A stretch of DNA of 30,092 nucleotides from a virus (lineage: Duplodnaviria; Caudoviricetes). The notes under the pieces were generated by a model that worked only from the letters and a program-made list of their open reading frames with translations, did no database searches and had not been told where the DNA came from. This document shows, piece by piece, positions 10,630-19,535 of the stretch (position 1 is its first letter; each line of letters opens with the position of its first letter). The stretch spans positions 1 to 30,092 of IMG/VR virus record IMGVR_UViG_3300017908_000245. One strand, written 5' to 3'. The translations under genes were made by a program, and so were the position numbers.

Positions 10630-11172
10630 TTATGAAGTTAATTTTATCAGTTCTTGGGGCCAATTTAGGAAGTATTGCCAGCCCTCATCCGGCACAGTAA
10701 GTGGATAATACTTGCTACTGTTGTTGATTTGATGCCATGTAGGCTTGTAAGGTGTGTTAATTGGTTTGATTAACTTGCTACCTTTTTTAACATTGCACGG
10801 TCCACATGCTGATACTGTGTTTGTCCAGCCTAGTTTACCACCTTTTGATTTAGGAATTACATGGTCAAGTGTTAAATCATCATAGCCAAAATTATCGCCG
10901 CAGTATTGACATTGATAATCATCTCTTATGTAAACATTGCGGCGTGTAAATTTTGCTTGTGAGGGTTGTCTGTGATATGTGTTGAGCATTACCACACTGG
11001 GCATGGGTATGCTGAGATTTGCGGATCGCAAAAATCTACCTTCGTAGTTGCGTATGACATGAATTTTTTCTGCAAACATCGCCTTAACGGCATTCTGCCA
11101 ACTGATTGTGCTCAGTGGGAGATAACTCAATGGTTGTGCGTCTGCATTTAAGAGTAATACGCTGGTATGCAA
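10630..11172 (-). CDS. HNH endonuclease (McrA/HNH_5-like, Zn-binding)
   Basis: CQYCG...LTLDHVIPKSKGG...NTVSACGPCNVKKG; N-terminal VLLLNAD..PL; TTG start with a GAGG RBS upstream. Confidence 0.9.
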   Translation of the reverse strand: MHTSVLLLNADAQPLSYLPLSTISWQNAVKAMFAEKIHVIRNYEGRFLRSANLSIPMPSVVMLNTYHRQPSQAKFTRRNVYIRDDYQCQYCGDNFGYDDLTLDHVIPKSKGGKLGWTNTVSACGPCNVKKGSKLIKPINTPYKPTWHQINNSSKYYPLTVPDEGWQYFLNWPQELIKLTS

Positions 11173-11196
11173 AACAGTTTTCCTCGTTAACGTTTG

Positions 11197-11204
11197 TATT
11201 TAAA
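11197..11204 (-). promoter_or_regulatory. Possible late promoter variant (TTTAAATA) for the HNH gene
   Basis: TAAATA core 24 nt upstream of the HNH start, in the short intergenic gap. Confidence 0.4.
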
Positions 11205-11219
11205 CTCTTACTTTTTAAG

Positions 11220-11939
11220 TTAACCTAGTTGTTTTACCAAGCGCATTCTTGCTTGATCCATACCAGGAAGGAAACGTTTTGTTTCTACAAAATATACACG
11301 TTCAGCTTGTAACTTTTGTATGTCTGTTGTCATTTTTCTAGGGTAATCACGTTCTACTGCTTTGAGACTTGCAGCCTTAATGAAGTCTCTCTTTTTCTCT
11401 GTTCCATAATCGCCTAGCATGATTATTTTTGCTTCTAGTTGTCTAATAGCTCTATCAACACCACTGTTGGTAAGTGCAGTAGCATAATAATTCCATTGTC
11501 TATTTTTTACATAATCATAAACATCAAAAGTTCTTATCTGTGTTCCTACTTTTTTAAAGTCGCCTGTTTTGTAGTAAACACTCAACAACCCATCATATTG
11601 TGATTGTGTAAGTGTGTCCAATGGCAAGAGTTTTTTTAATTTTCTTTCTGCAATCTTAAGTTGATCAATAAAGATATTGTAAGCCTCGTCCTCTGTTAGG
11701 CCGTTGCTGTCAATACCAATGCTTAAATTATATCCTATTTTTGTGCTTCCGTCAAGATCAATATAACTGTAAGGAGTATATTTTTCTGTTCTTAAAATGA
11801 AGTTGATAATTTCATCACTTGCTTCAAAATCCTTTACCGGCTTTAAGTCATTGACACGACTACTGTCGACTACACTAAATGTGGTGTAATCGATAAGCAT
11901 ATCATCTGTAATAACATTTGGTAAATTAATAACCGGCAT
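11220..11939 (-). CDS. Baseplate-associated lysozyme-like protein (GH24-like, possibly degenerate)
   Basis: INFILRTEKYTPYSYIDLDGSTKIGY resembles the E-x8-D...IGYG phage-lysozyme motif, and LTQSQYDGLLSVYY matches the lysozyme helix. TAATG-coupled to the spike gene. Confidence 0.65.
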   Translation of the reverse strand: MPVINLPNVITDDMLIDYTTFSVVDSSRVNDLKPVKDFEASDEIINFILRTEKYTPYSYIDLDGSTKIGYNLSIGIDSNGLTEDEAYNIFIDQLKIAERKLKKLLPLDTLTQSQYDGLLSVYYKTGDFKKVGTQIRTFDVYDYVKNRQWNYYATALTNSGVDRAIRQLEAKIIMLGDYGTEKKRDFIKAASLKAVERDYPRKMTTDIQKLQAERVYFVETKRFLPGMDQARMRLVKQLG

Positions 11940-13150
11940 TACTTGTTACCTTCTCCTGTTGTAAACTTTTCATATTGTCCTGTTGCACCTTTCCATGGAT
12001 GGTGCTCTGGAACTCTAGTTGCTACACTTTCAGTTATACCTGTGTTCTCACTTAGTTGGTTTGATTTAGGTTTTGTTGCACTGTCTGGAGTAGGACCATT
12101 CATATCTATTCGACCTGCTTGCTCTGTCCAATTTCCTGCTATTAAAACATTACCGTTTGCATCTGCCTGAAGATTGATGTTTGCTGCACTGTAAATATCG
12201 ATGTTGTCAATTGTGCTTTCAATTTTTATACCTGTGCCGGTGCTTTTAATGTTTACACCTTGATCAGCTTGCATGTTGATGTTACCACCTGCATGTAAGT
12301 TGTAATCACCTTCTGTGTGTATGCTAATGCCTTCTTGGCTGTATACGTCTATGCGTCCATCTTTGTCCATTTCAATGTAGGCGTTTGCTGCATGGTTGTT
12401 AATAAAAACTGTGCCTGTGGTATCGTCCATTAATACCTGTGCTCCGCCTCTTGTTTTGATGCGTATGTTTTTGCTTACACCTTCAGCATCACCGTCATCT
12501 AATGTAAGTGTATGTCCACCTAGTGTTGTAATTCCAAAAACCTTGCTTGGTGATTCTCTTCTTGCACTACTTTGACTGTGTCCACGCAATAAGTCGCCAG
12601 CAAGTCCTTGTTCTACTAAATTTAACACTGCCACAGTATCAGTAGGTCTTGTATCTGGATCAACTGTATCATATGGATTCTTTTCACTAGCAGGTGTGAC
12701 ACTTTGAGTATCACCAACATAACTTAAACTACTAGCATTGCCGCCCATCATGTGATTTCTATCTTTTGCAATTAGGTTGCCAATTAAAATACCTTGTTCC
12801 ATTGTGCTTGTAAACGCAACAACTACCTGTGTGCCAATTTCTGGAGGTTGCGGCCACATGCCATAACTTTTTGGACTTTGTTCACTGTCTTTGAATTGTT
12901 GACTGCTTTCTTTAATGTTTGTGATACCGCCAAAAGGAGTTGCAAGCAAACAAATAGTGCCTGTGTTTTTTCCATCCACTGGACTTTGAAACTCTGGAAT
13001 TCTTACATTTACTCTACCAGTGTATAGGCTATCACTGTTGTCAACCACTGTGCCAACGTAGATACCTGTGACATTATTAATGCCAAACTTCTCATCTCTA
13101 GTAGACATACTAGGTCTGCTTTTTGATCCTTTTACATTATATCCTGTCAT
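11939..13150 (-). CDS. Baseplate central spike, gp5/VgrG-like (OB-fold + beta-helix), no lysozyme domain
   Basis: GIYVGTVVDNSDSLYTGRVNVRIP and PPEIGTQVVVAF (gp5 N-terminal OB fold), GHTLTLDD...IRIKTRGGAQVLMDD, repeated beta-helix 8-mers, and IDMN near the C-terminus. Confidence 0.85.
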   Translation of the reverse strand: MTGYNVKGSKSRPSMSTRDEKFGINNVTGIYVGTVVDNSDSLYTGRVNVRIPEFQSPVDGKNTGTICLLATPFGGITNIKESSQQFKDSEQSPKSYGMWPQPPEIGTQVVVAFTSTMEQGILIGNLIAKDRNHMMGGNASSLSYVGDTQSVTPASEKNPYDTVDPDTRPTDTVAVLNLVEQGLAGDLLRGHSQSSARRESPSKVFGITTLGGHTLTLDDGDAEGVSKNIRIKTRGGAQVLMDDTTGTVFINNHAANAYIEMDKDGRIDVYSQEGISIHTEGDYNLHAGGNINMQADQGVNIKSTGTGIKIESTIDNIDIYSAANINLQADANGNVLIAGNWTEQAGRIDMNGPTPDSATKPKSNQLSENTGITESVATRVPEHHPWKGATGQYEKFTTGEGNK

Positions 13151-16038
13151 TATAGATTCTTTAATTCCTCTTGTAAATAATATGTGCTTGACTTGTGGTC
13201 TCTATACATTCTCAACTTGCTTACGTATTGTCCTTGTTGAAATCTATGTTCTACTTCTCTTAGTTCGTATATACCGCTGGTATATAAATCCATAGGGCCT
13301 TTATCAAATGCATTCTCAATTGTGTTTTTATTTAATGGAAAGTGACTTACAAAAGCTACAAAAATATCACTAGTAGCTGTAACGTTTGCAAGTGTTGAAC
13401 TGATGTTTCCTGTGAATGTTGCACCTGGTACACCCAATAGATAAGGATCACCTATCACATCTACTTCAATAACTTGTGTGTCAGCTGTCCTGTTTGCATA
13501 GCTTTCTGCAATTATAGCATCCATTTGCATTGTTGTCATAGGCTGTTCATTTGTTTCTTGTGTGTTTACTACACCTGTGTGATATTCTCTCGGTAAATTT
13601 ACAATTACATTTGCATGCTCTGTGTTGACAGGTATATCGCTTAAAAATGCTGCAGGTGTTATATTTGTTCCAATTTGTTCTCTTGTGTTTACGCCTGTGT
13701 TATATGCAGCTCTTGGTAAACTACTAATACTAAAAAGCATGTTAAATTGCGCACTATAGTTTAAAACTTCTGTATTTTTTCCTGTGTGCAAATATTCATA
13801 CTTTTTAACAATAGGTAATTTTTCAAATCTGTTTTGTTGATATGTTCTATCACCTAGTTTTTTATGGTCGGTGCCATCTGTTCTTACAACACCATACAGA
13901 TGTTTAATACCAACTGTAATTACTGTTGTCACGTATTTTTGTTGTGTGTTGTCGTCTACTTCATCTTTTTTACCAGGTGTGCCAATTATTTCTTGCTTTA
14001 TGTCAATTACTGGAGTAGTAAAACCGTTAAGCTGAGCGTCCTTAACATAATTATTCCATGCAGGCTGTCTCATAATGAAATTCTTTAGCCAAGTAACAAC
14101 GTTACTGTTTACAGTTAATCTAGTATCGATTTTGTCAGCATCGTCTGTGTTTCTTGCAACACCGCTACTGTTGGTTGTAATTACCGGCATTGCTGGTAAA
14201 TCAAAACTAGTTGGCTTACCTAATGCTTCTGATTCATAACCTTCTTGTCTAATAGTTTGATTAGCAGTATCCATATTGAATTTTATTTCCCAAGTTTTTC
14301 TTGGTGTGTTTGTTGGATTTGAAATAGTATCTTCTCTTCTTGAAGCAATTGCTTGTTCAAATCTGCCATCCTGTTCATTGTATCCATTGTTTGGTGGAGT
14401 TTCTGGTATTGGATTAATTGCAAGTATTTCTGCTTCATTTAATCCAGTTTCTAATTTGTCTACAAGTTCTTCAAGTGTTGCAACTGCCTGCACGTGAACT
14501 TCACCTGCTGTGCTTGTATTTTCTATGGCACTCAAACTTGGAACTGTTAAACATGTAAACATGTAACTTGTGCCGTCTGGACCTGTTTCGCTTGTAACAC
14601 CATACGGAACTACAGGAAAGAAATGCATACCATCATATACAACAGGTCTACCTGTTTCTGGATCTCTACCTTTAAATTCCAGTTTCAAAACATATGTAGC
14701 ATCTTTCATAGTTTTAAAATTAAACACTGGTGCTTTGCTTAGAATTCCATCTAGCAAAGTAAATCCCATAGGCTCTTTTACTTCAAACTGCATTGTGCTA
14801 GTTTGTGCAGAACCTTTTGTATCATCTCCAAACAATACAGCATTGAATAAAAAATTATCAATTGTGTATGTTGCTTCTACTCCAGATTTTGCAATAATAA
14901 CTGCCTTGTTGGGATCTGGCAAATCAGTTTTGAGATATGATTCTGGATCATCAAAAACTTCTTTGTTTGTAAGATAAAATGTCCAATTGTAAGTTGGCAA
15001 GTCAACACTTGTATACCAATTTGGTTCTGGTGACTTTTTACCTTCAGTGATAGTAGTAATATCTGTTACTGTTGGTTGTTGTGCATTTGTTCTTTCTGCT
15101 CTTGCATCATCTGTTGTATCAGTAGTATCTTGTTCTTTTAAATCTGCTTGCACTTCATTCAGTGCTTTTTTCATTGCTTGACCTTGTGCTCTTTCAACAG
15201 GATCGTTAGAATTGAATAAACTTTCTGCTTCTTTTGCATAATCGCTTGTAGCTAAATCTTCACTGTCTAAGTGTTTATTTTTTTCTAAATGAGCTTCTAA
15301 ACTTTTTTTGTATCCAACAGTTAATTCATCTTTGGCTGAATCAACTCCTTGTGCAGCCGCAGTGGACAATGCTGATACATCATCGTCTGATAGTATAGAT
15401 TTAAATGGAGTTGTTGGTGGTTCCCAATCGCCTGTGTTTGCTTCGGCATTTTCTCCTGTGTCTACATCACCATTTTTTAAAATTTGATTAGAGCCTTGTC
15501 CGCCTGCTCCTTGTAAATCGTTGCCAGCGCCAACTCCTCCATAGCCTGGAGGTCTGTTTTCTCTACCCCATTCATACAAGTCGCCTTCTGGAACATCGTT
15601 ACCAAGAAACACATGTCTTTCAGCAGCACGTCTACTAACTAAACCGTCTACACTTTCTAAACTTCCACCTGGACCTGTTCTAGCTTTGCTGTATAACATC
15701 ATTTTATCAGCAATCTCTTCTCTACTGCGAGTGCCGTTTGCTGTGAGCTGATCAATGCCACCGTTATTGTATGCAAAACTTGTTAGTGCTGCTCTTTCGT
15801 TGTCTGTCCAATTGTATGTGCTATCATATTTGTCAACATTGTTTACATAAGTTTGTATTTGTTGTTCATACAATTGATCAGCTTCAGCTTTTGAAATATT
15901 GTTAATCGGTGGCGGCTGTGATCTATCTCTACTGCCTGCATAACTACCATAACCAACTGACCATTGATTAACATCCCAATATGCTTGAGAATGAAACCCT
16001 TCAAATTTTTTGATTACATCAGTTGTGTTAACGGTCAT
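13150..16038 (-). CDS. N-terminal GH24 lysozyme fused to a probable baseplate hub (gp27/gp44-like) protein
   Basis: Residues 1-145: IKKFEGFHSQAYWDVNQWSVGYG...ALTSFAYNNG...GLVSRRAAERHVF (phage lysozyme). A Gly/acidic linker follows. The C-terminal IEVDVIGDPY...SGIYELREVEHRFQQGQYVSKL is hub-like, and the gene sits between gp53 and gp5. Confidence 0.75.
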   Translation of the reverse strand: MTVNTTDVIKKFEGFHSQAYWDVNQWSVGYGSYAGSRDRSQPPPINNISKAEADQLYEQQIQTYVNNVDKYDSTYNWTDNERAALTSFAYNNGGIDQLTANGTRSREEIADKMMLYSKARTGPGGSLESVDGLVSRRAAERHVFLGNDVPEGDLYEWGRENRPPGYGGVGAGNDLQGAGGQGSNQILKNGDVDTGENAEANTGDWEPPTTPFKSILSDDDVSALSTAAAQGVDSAKDELTVGYKKSLEAHLEKNKHLDSEDLATSDYAKEAESLFNSNDPVERAQGQAMKKALNEVQADLKEQDTTDTTDDARAERTNAQQPTVTDITTITEGKKSPEPNWYTSVDLPTYNWTFYLTNKEVFDDPESYLKTDLPDPNKAVIIAKSGVEATYTIDNFLFNAVLFGDDTKGSAQTSTMQFEVKEPMGFTLLDGILSKAPVFNFKTMKDATYVLKLEFKGRDPETGRPVVYDGMHFFPVVPYGVTSETGPDGTSYMFTCLTVPSLSAIENTSTAGEVHVQAVATLEELVDKLETGLNEAEILAINPIPETPPNNGYNEQDGRFEQAIASRREDTISNPTNTPRKTWEIKFNMDTANQTIRQEGYESEALGKPTSFDLPAMPVITTNSSGVARNTDDADKIDTRLTVNSNVVTWLKNFIMRQPAWNNYVKDAQLNGFTTPVIDIKQEIIGTPGKKDEVDDNTQQKYVTTVITVGIKHLYGVVRTDGTDHKKLGDRTYQQNRFEKLPIVKKYEYLHTGKNTEVLNYSAQFNMLFSISSLPRAAYNTGVNTREQIGTNITPAAFLSDIPVNTEHANVIVNLPREYHTGVVNTQETNEQPMTTMQMDAIIAESYANRTADTQVIEVDVIGDPYLLGVPGATFTGNISSTLANVTATSDIFVAFVSHFPLNKNTIENAFDKGPMDLYTSGIYELREVEHRFQQGQYVSKLRMYRDHKSSTYYLQEELKNL

Positions 16039-16039
16039 T

Positions 16040-16324
16040 TTACGAGAACCTTATTGGATATGTAATTGTAATTCCGCTTTTAAAGTCAACAATAGGATCT
16101 ACTAATTTGTCTTGATTTAATTCTGCAAATACCCACCATAGTTTTGCATTACCATACAAATCATGTGCTAACACATCAGGACGTTGATGATACTTAGAAG
16201 TAATTTCCATTGTATCTAATTCCATTGTATTTCTGTCACCTAGTGATGTATTGTATACATCTAAATATTTGTTATCAACTAGTTTAGTGTTTCTATACAT
16301 ACTATCTGATCTATATTCTGCCAT
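16040..16324 (-). CDS. Baseplate wedge protein, gp53-like (LysM-like)
   Basis: YHQRPDVLAHDLYGNAKLWWVFAELN motif; 94 aa. Confidence 0.82.
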   Translation of the reverse strand: MAEYRSDSMYRNTKLVDNKYLDVYNTSLGDRNTMELDTMEITSKYHQRPDVLAHDLYGNAKLWWVFAELNQDKLVDPIVDFKSGITITYPIRFS

Positions 16325-16944
16325 TAGATAAATCCTTTGTTATTTTTTAGAGATCTACCGCTTGCATAATCTCTAAGATTAAAATTTTCTTTTGTATATC
16401 TAGGAGGCAACTGAACACGTAAATCTAATGTTACTAATAAACTTGTTGGTATACTTGTTTTTTCTCCGTTGAATTCTACTTCAACATAATCACTGTCTTC
16501 AACTAAGTTGTAGTTTACGCTGGTTAAAATTACAGGAACATTTTTTGCATGCAAATGCCCATATGCATTAAAAATCAAAGACCTAGGAGGACTGCCTGCG
16601 TTTTCGCTATTTTGGCCAAAGTCTCCTTTGGTGCATGTTTTAAAAAAATGTAATGCTGCTGCTGTGTATCTTGCCTCTGCTATATCGTTAGCAGTAAATG
16701 TAGCTGTTATGCCAATTTGTGGATTTGGAGTATTTACATAATAGTTTGGCTGATAAATGCTGTGCGTAGAATCATAACTGCCATAATTTGCACTATGTCC
16801 AATTCCAATTGTTGGGGTGTATGGAAAAATTACACCTCTATCTTCTCGCAATGGTTCCAACAAGCCATCAAACCCCAAGCCCCAACCGTCAACTGTTTTG
16901 ACTTGTAATTTTACTTTTTGCTCGTCTCCAATGCCGCCGCTCAT
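16324..16944 (-). CDS. Baseplate tail-tube initiator/cap, gp48/gp54-like
   Basis: GVIFPYTPTI...GSPPRSLIFNAYG...NVPVILTSVNYNL tube-fold pattern; adjacent to gp53. Confidence 0.65.
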   Translation of the reverse strand: MSGGIGDEQKVKLQVKTVDGWGLGFDGLLEPLREDRGVIFPYTPTIGIGHSANYGSYDSTHSIYQPNYYVNTPNPQIGITATFTANDIAEARYTAAALHFFKTCTKGDFGQNSENAGSPPRSLIFNAYGHLHAKNVPVILTSVNYNLVEDSDYVEVEFNGEKTSIPTSLLVTLDLRVQLPPRYTKENFNLRDYASGRSLKNNKGFI

Positions 16945-17552
16945 GATGTCAATCTACCTTTGATAAAATCAAACACACTTTGGTCAAACTTACCAAAGAA
17001 CTTCTCAAATGCTTGTTTTTGTTCTGCTTCGTCTGCTCCACCTGCCATTGTAGCACGGAAGTCACTTGCACTCATACCTCCTTGCATTAATGGAGCTTCG
17101 TATGCAAATACTATACCTTCGTTGTGTGGAGTCATGCCTTGCATGTTAGCTGGAACAGGTTTTACTTTGTCGCCTGACAAGCGCATTGGGTCTTTTGCAC
17201 CGTAGACAAGAATTGTTGCATGTGTGTTGTTGTCTTTGCCTACAACACTTGGTTCACTTCTGTAAGGATTACTGTTTACAATCTTGTCTGCAGGAATAGC
17301 AAACATCCTGCTCATAATATCTCTTTTTTCTTCAAATGTAAAAGGGTCACTGCCATAATCACCAGCTGCATGTGCTTTTGCAGCTTTTTGACTAAACGTT
17401 GTGGCAATATATACATTGTCAGCACCAAACTTTTCTACAAGATGTTTGTATACATCTCTGTGGCCTTGATGCATTGGCTGGAATCTACCACCATAGAATA
17501 CTACATATCCACTGGCATCTTCCATGATTTGTGTAATTTCATTAATTAGCAT
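16941..17552 (-). CDS. HIGH-superfamily nucleotidyltransferase (cytidylyl/adenylyltransferase-like)
   Basis: VVFYGGRFQPMHQGH (HxGH) and MSASDFR (SxSxxR). Start revised to ATG 17552 (MLINEI...), which has a GGAGA RBS and a late promoter upstream. Confidence 0.85.
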   Translation of the reverse strand: MLINEITQIMEDASGYVVFYGGRFQPMHQGHRDVYKHLVEKFGADNVYIATTFSQKAAKAHAAGDYGSDPFTFEEKRDIMSRMFAIPADKIVNSNPYRSEPSVVGKDNNTHATILVYGAKDPMRLSGDKVKPVPANMQGMTPHNEGIVFAYEAPLMQGGMSASDFRATMAGGADEAEQKQAFEKFFGKFDQSVFDFIKGRLTS

Positions 17553-17568
17553 AGCATTTCTCCAGTAG

Positions 17569-17576
17569 TATTTATG
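17569..17576 (-). promoter_or_regulatory. T4-type late promoter (CATAAATA) heading the baseplate operon
   Basis: Minus strand reads CATAAATA-CTACT-GGAGA-AATGCT-ATG. Confidence 0.72.
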
Positions 17577-17591
17577 CAATTAAAAAACCGG

Positions 17592-17621
17592 TTGACTTAC
17601 AATGGGTTATCACCATATAAT
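17592..17621 (+). promoter_or_regulatory. Sigma70-type early/middle promoter
   Basis: TTGACT (17592-17597), 18-nt spacer, TATAAT (17616-17621); AGGAG RBS at 17631-17635 before ATG 17643. Confidence 0.78.
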
Positions 17622-17642
17622 GCTGCACATAGGAGTATAATA

Positions 17643-18506
17643 ATGACCAAAACGAGGCAACACTACTTAACAAACAAAGACCTGTTGCGTGAAATCCACA
17701 ATAGTAAAATGACTTATTGTTGGACACGCGACGAAGAATACAATCATTATGATTTAATTATTAATTCGTTTGACGAAATCAACGAAGACAGTATTTTTAC
17801 AGCAAAACAAAACAGAGCAAAAAGATTACAAAAACTAGCACACGAAGCTGAAGTAAGACGTTGGGAACAAGGACTTACTGGTAAAAAAACAAAGCCGCGT
17901 GGTGCAGATTTTGCAGTTGACTTGGATGACATTGCAGACGAGGATCTTGTATTCCGTGTAATGACATTTGAACACATTCCCGAAGAGCAACGCAAAAACA
18001 AACCAAAAACAGAAGCAGATCATCACTCAAAGTGCAACTTCCCTCCTTTCAAACATTATGCTAAGATCGAAGGAGATTGGGAAGAAGTAGCACGTAGTCA
18101 CTGGACAGGTGGACGAGACAATGGTTACTTTAGCACAGATCATGGCAACACTACTCCTGCACTCGCACGTGCTTACATTAAACTATGTGAGCGTTATAGC
18201 ATGCGAGCTAACTGGCGTGGATACACTTATGTAGATGAAATGCGTGGACAGGCATTGTTACAATTGTCACAAATTGGTTTGCAATTCAACGAAGCTAAAA
18301 GTGAAAATCCATTTGCTTATTATACTGCGGCTATCAACAACTCATTTACACGTGTTCTCAATTTAGAAAAGCGTAGTCAAAATATCCGTGATGATTTGCT
18401 TGAAGAAGGTGGATTAAATCCTTCAAGCACAAGAACATTCAATGCAGAGTGGGAAGCTCAGCAAGAACAACTCAAAAAAGAACAAGCAGAAAAAACTGGA
18501 GAGTAA
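17643..18506 (+). CDS. Late-transcription sigma factor, T4 gp55-like
   Basis: HYLTNKDLLREI N-terminus and NWRGYTYVDEM...FNEAKSENPFAYYTAAINNSF C-terminal block match the gp55 pattern. Start revised to ATG 17643 (RBS and promoter); 287 aa. Confidence 0.88.
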   Translation: MTKTRQHYLTNKDLLREIHNSKMTYCWTRDEEYNHYDLIINSFDEINEDSIFTAKQNRAKRLQKLAHEAEVRRWEQGLTGKKTKPRGADFAVDLDDIADEDLVFRVMTFEHIPEEQRKNKPKTEADHHSKCNFPPFKHYAKIEGDWEEVARSHWTGGRDNGYFSTDHGNTTPALARAYIKLCERYSMRANWRGYTYVDEMRGQALLQLSQIGLQFNEAKSENPFAYYTAAINNSFTRVLNLEKRSQNIRDDLLEEGGLNPSSTRTFNAEWEAQQEQLKKEQAEKTGE

Positions 18507-18508
18507 AT

Positions 18509-19528
18509 TTGTTTGATAAAGCTGTCATATTCACTGACATTCATTTCGGCATGAAAAACAACAGCAGATTACACAATCAAGACTGTGAAGATTTTTTGAT
18601 ATGGATGATTGGTGAAGCGCACAAGCGCGGTATTAAAAAATGTATCTTTATGGGTGACTGGCACCACAACAGAGCCAGCATCAATGTAAGCACACTGAAC
18701 TATACTGTAAGTAACTTACAACGACTAAATGATGCATTTGACGAAGTTCACATGCTAACAGGAAATCACGATTTATATTATCGTGAGAAGCGTGAGATTC
18801 ATAGTATTCCTATGACAAAACAATTTCCTAAGATTAATATTGTCAATGATGAAATGTATGTTGATGACAATGTTGCACTGATTCCGTGGTTGGTAGATGA
18901 CGAGTGGAAACGTTTGCGTGAAATAGAATGCAAATATATGTTTGGCCATTTTGAACTCCCAACATTTTACATGAACGCACTTGTTCAGATGCCAGACCAC
19001 GGAGGTTTAAAAGCAGAAGACTTGAGCAAACCTGAGAAAGTGTTTACAGGACATTTTCACAAGCGTCAAGAAAAAGGCAATGTAATTTATACAGGTAATG
19101 CATTTGCACACAACTATGCTGATGCATGGGACGATGAACGTGGGTGCATGTTTATGGACTGGAAAGGCGACATGGAATTTGTTGCTTGGCCAGATGCACC
19201 AAAGTATCGCACAATCAGTTTGAGTAGATTGATTGACGATCCTGCAAAATACTTGGGTGAAAAAACTTATTGTCGTGTTACACTTGATGTTGGTATCACA
19301 TATGAAGAAGCAAACTTTATCAAAGAAACTTTTGCACAACAATTTAACCTGCGTGAGATTGCACTCATGCCAAGCAAGAAAGAAGAACATGCGCAAGACT
19401 GGAACAAGGGTGTAGAAATAGAAGTTGAAAACGTAGACAGTATTGTAATGACACAACTTGATTCAATACAAAGTGAAACAATCAAAAAAGAAATGTTAGT
19501 TGACATTTATAGAGGACTTACGTTATAG
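18509..19528 (+). CDS. Recombination endonuclease subunit, gp47/Mre11/SbcD-like
   Basis: Metallophosphoesterase motifs FTDIHFG, MGDWHH, GNHD, GHFE, GHFH; TTG start at 18509 after a GGAGAG RBS. Confidence 0.93.
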   Translation: MFDKAVIFTDIHFGMKNNSRLHNQDCEDFLIWMIGEAHKRGIKKCIFMGDWHHNRASINVSTLNYTVSNLQRLNDAFDEVHMLTGNHDLYYREKREIHSIPMTKQFPKINIVNDEMYVDDNVALIPWLVDDEWKRLREIECKYMFGHFELPTFYMNALVQMPDHGGLKAEDLSKPEKVFTGHFHKRQEKGNVIYTGNAFAHNYADAWDDERGCMFMDWKGDMEFVAWPDAPKYRTISLSRLIDDPAKYLGEKTYCRVTLDVGITYEEANFIKETFAQQFNLREIALMPSKKEEHAQDWNKGVEIEVENVDSIVMTQLDSIQSETIKKEMLVDIYRGLTL

Positions 19529-19535
19529 TAACAAC

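Noticed and set aside
17553-17642. ORF-track upstream starts (17579 minus, 17574 plus; also 18449, 19500)
   Set aside because: These extensions overlap promoters or neighbouring genes; downstream starts (17552, 17643, 18509, 19536) have RBSs and/or match family N-termini.
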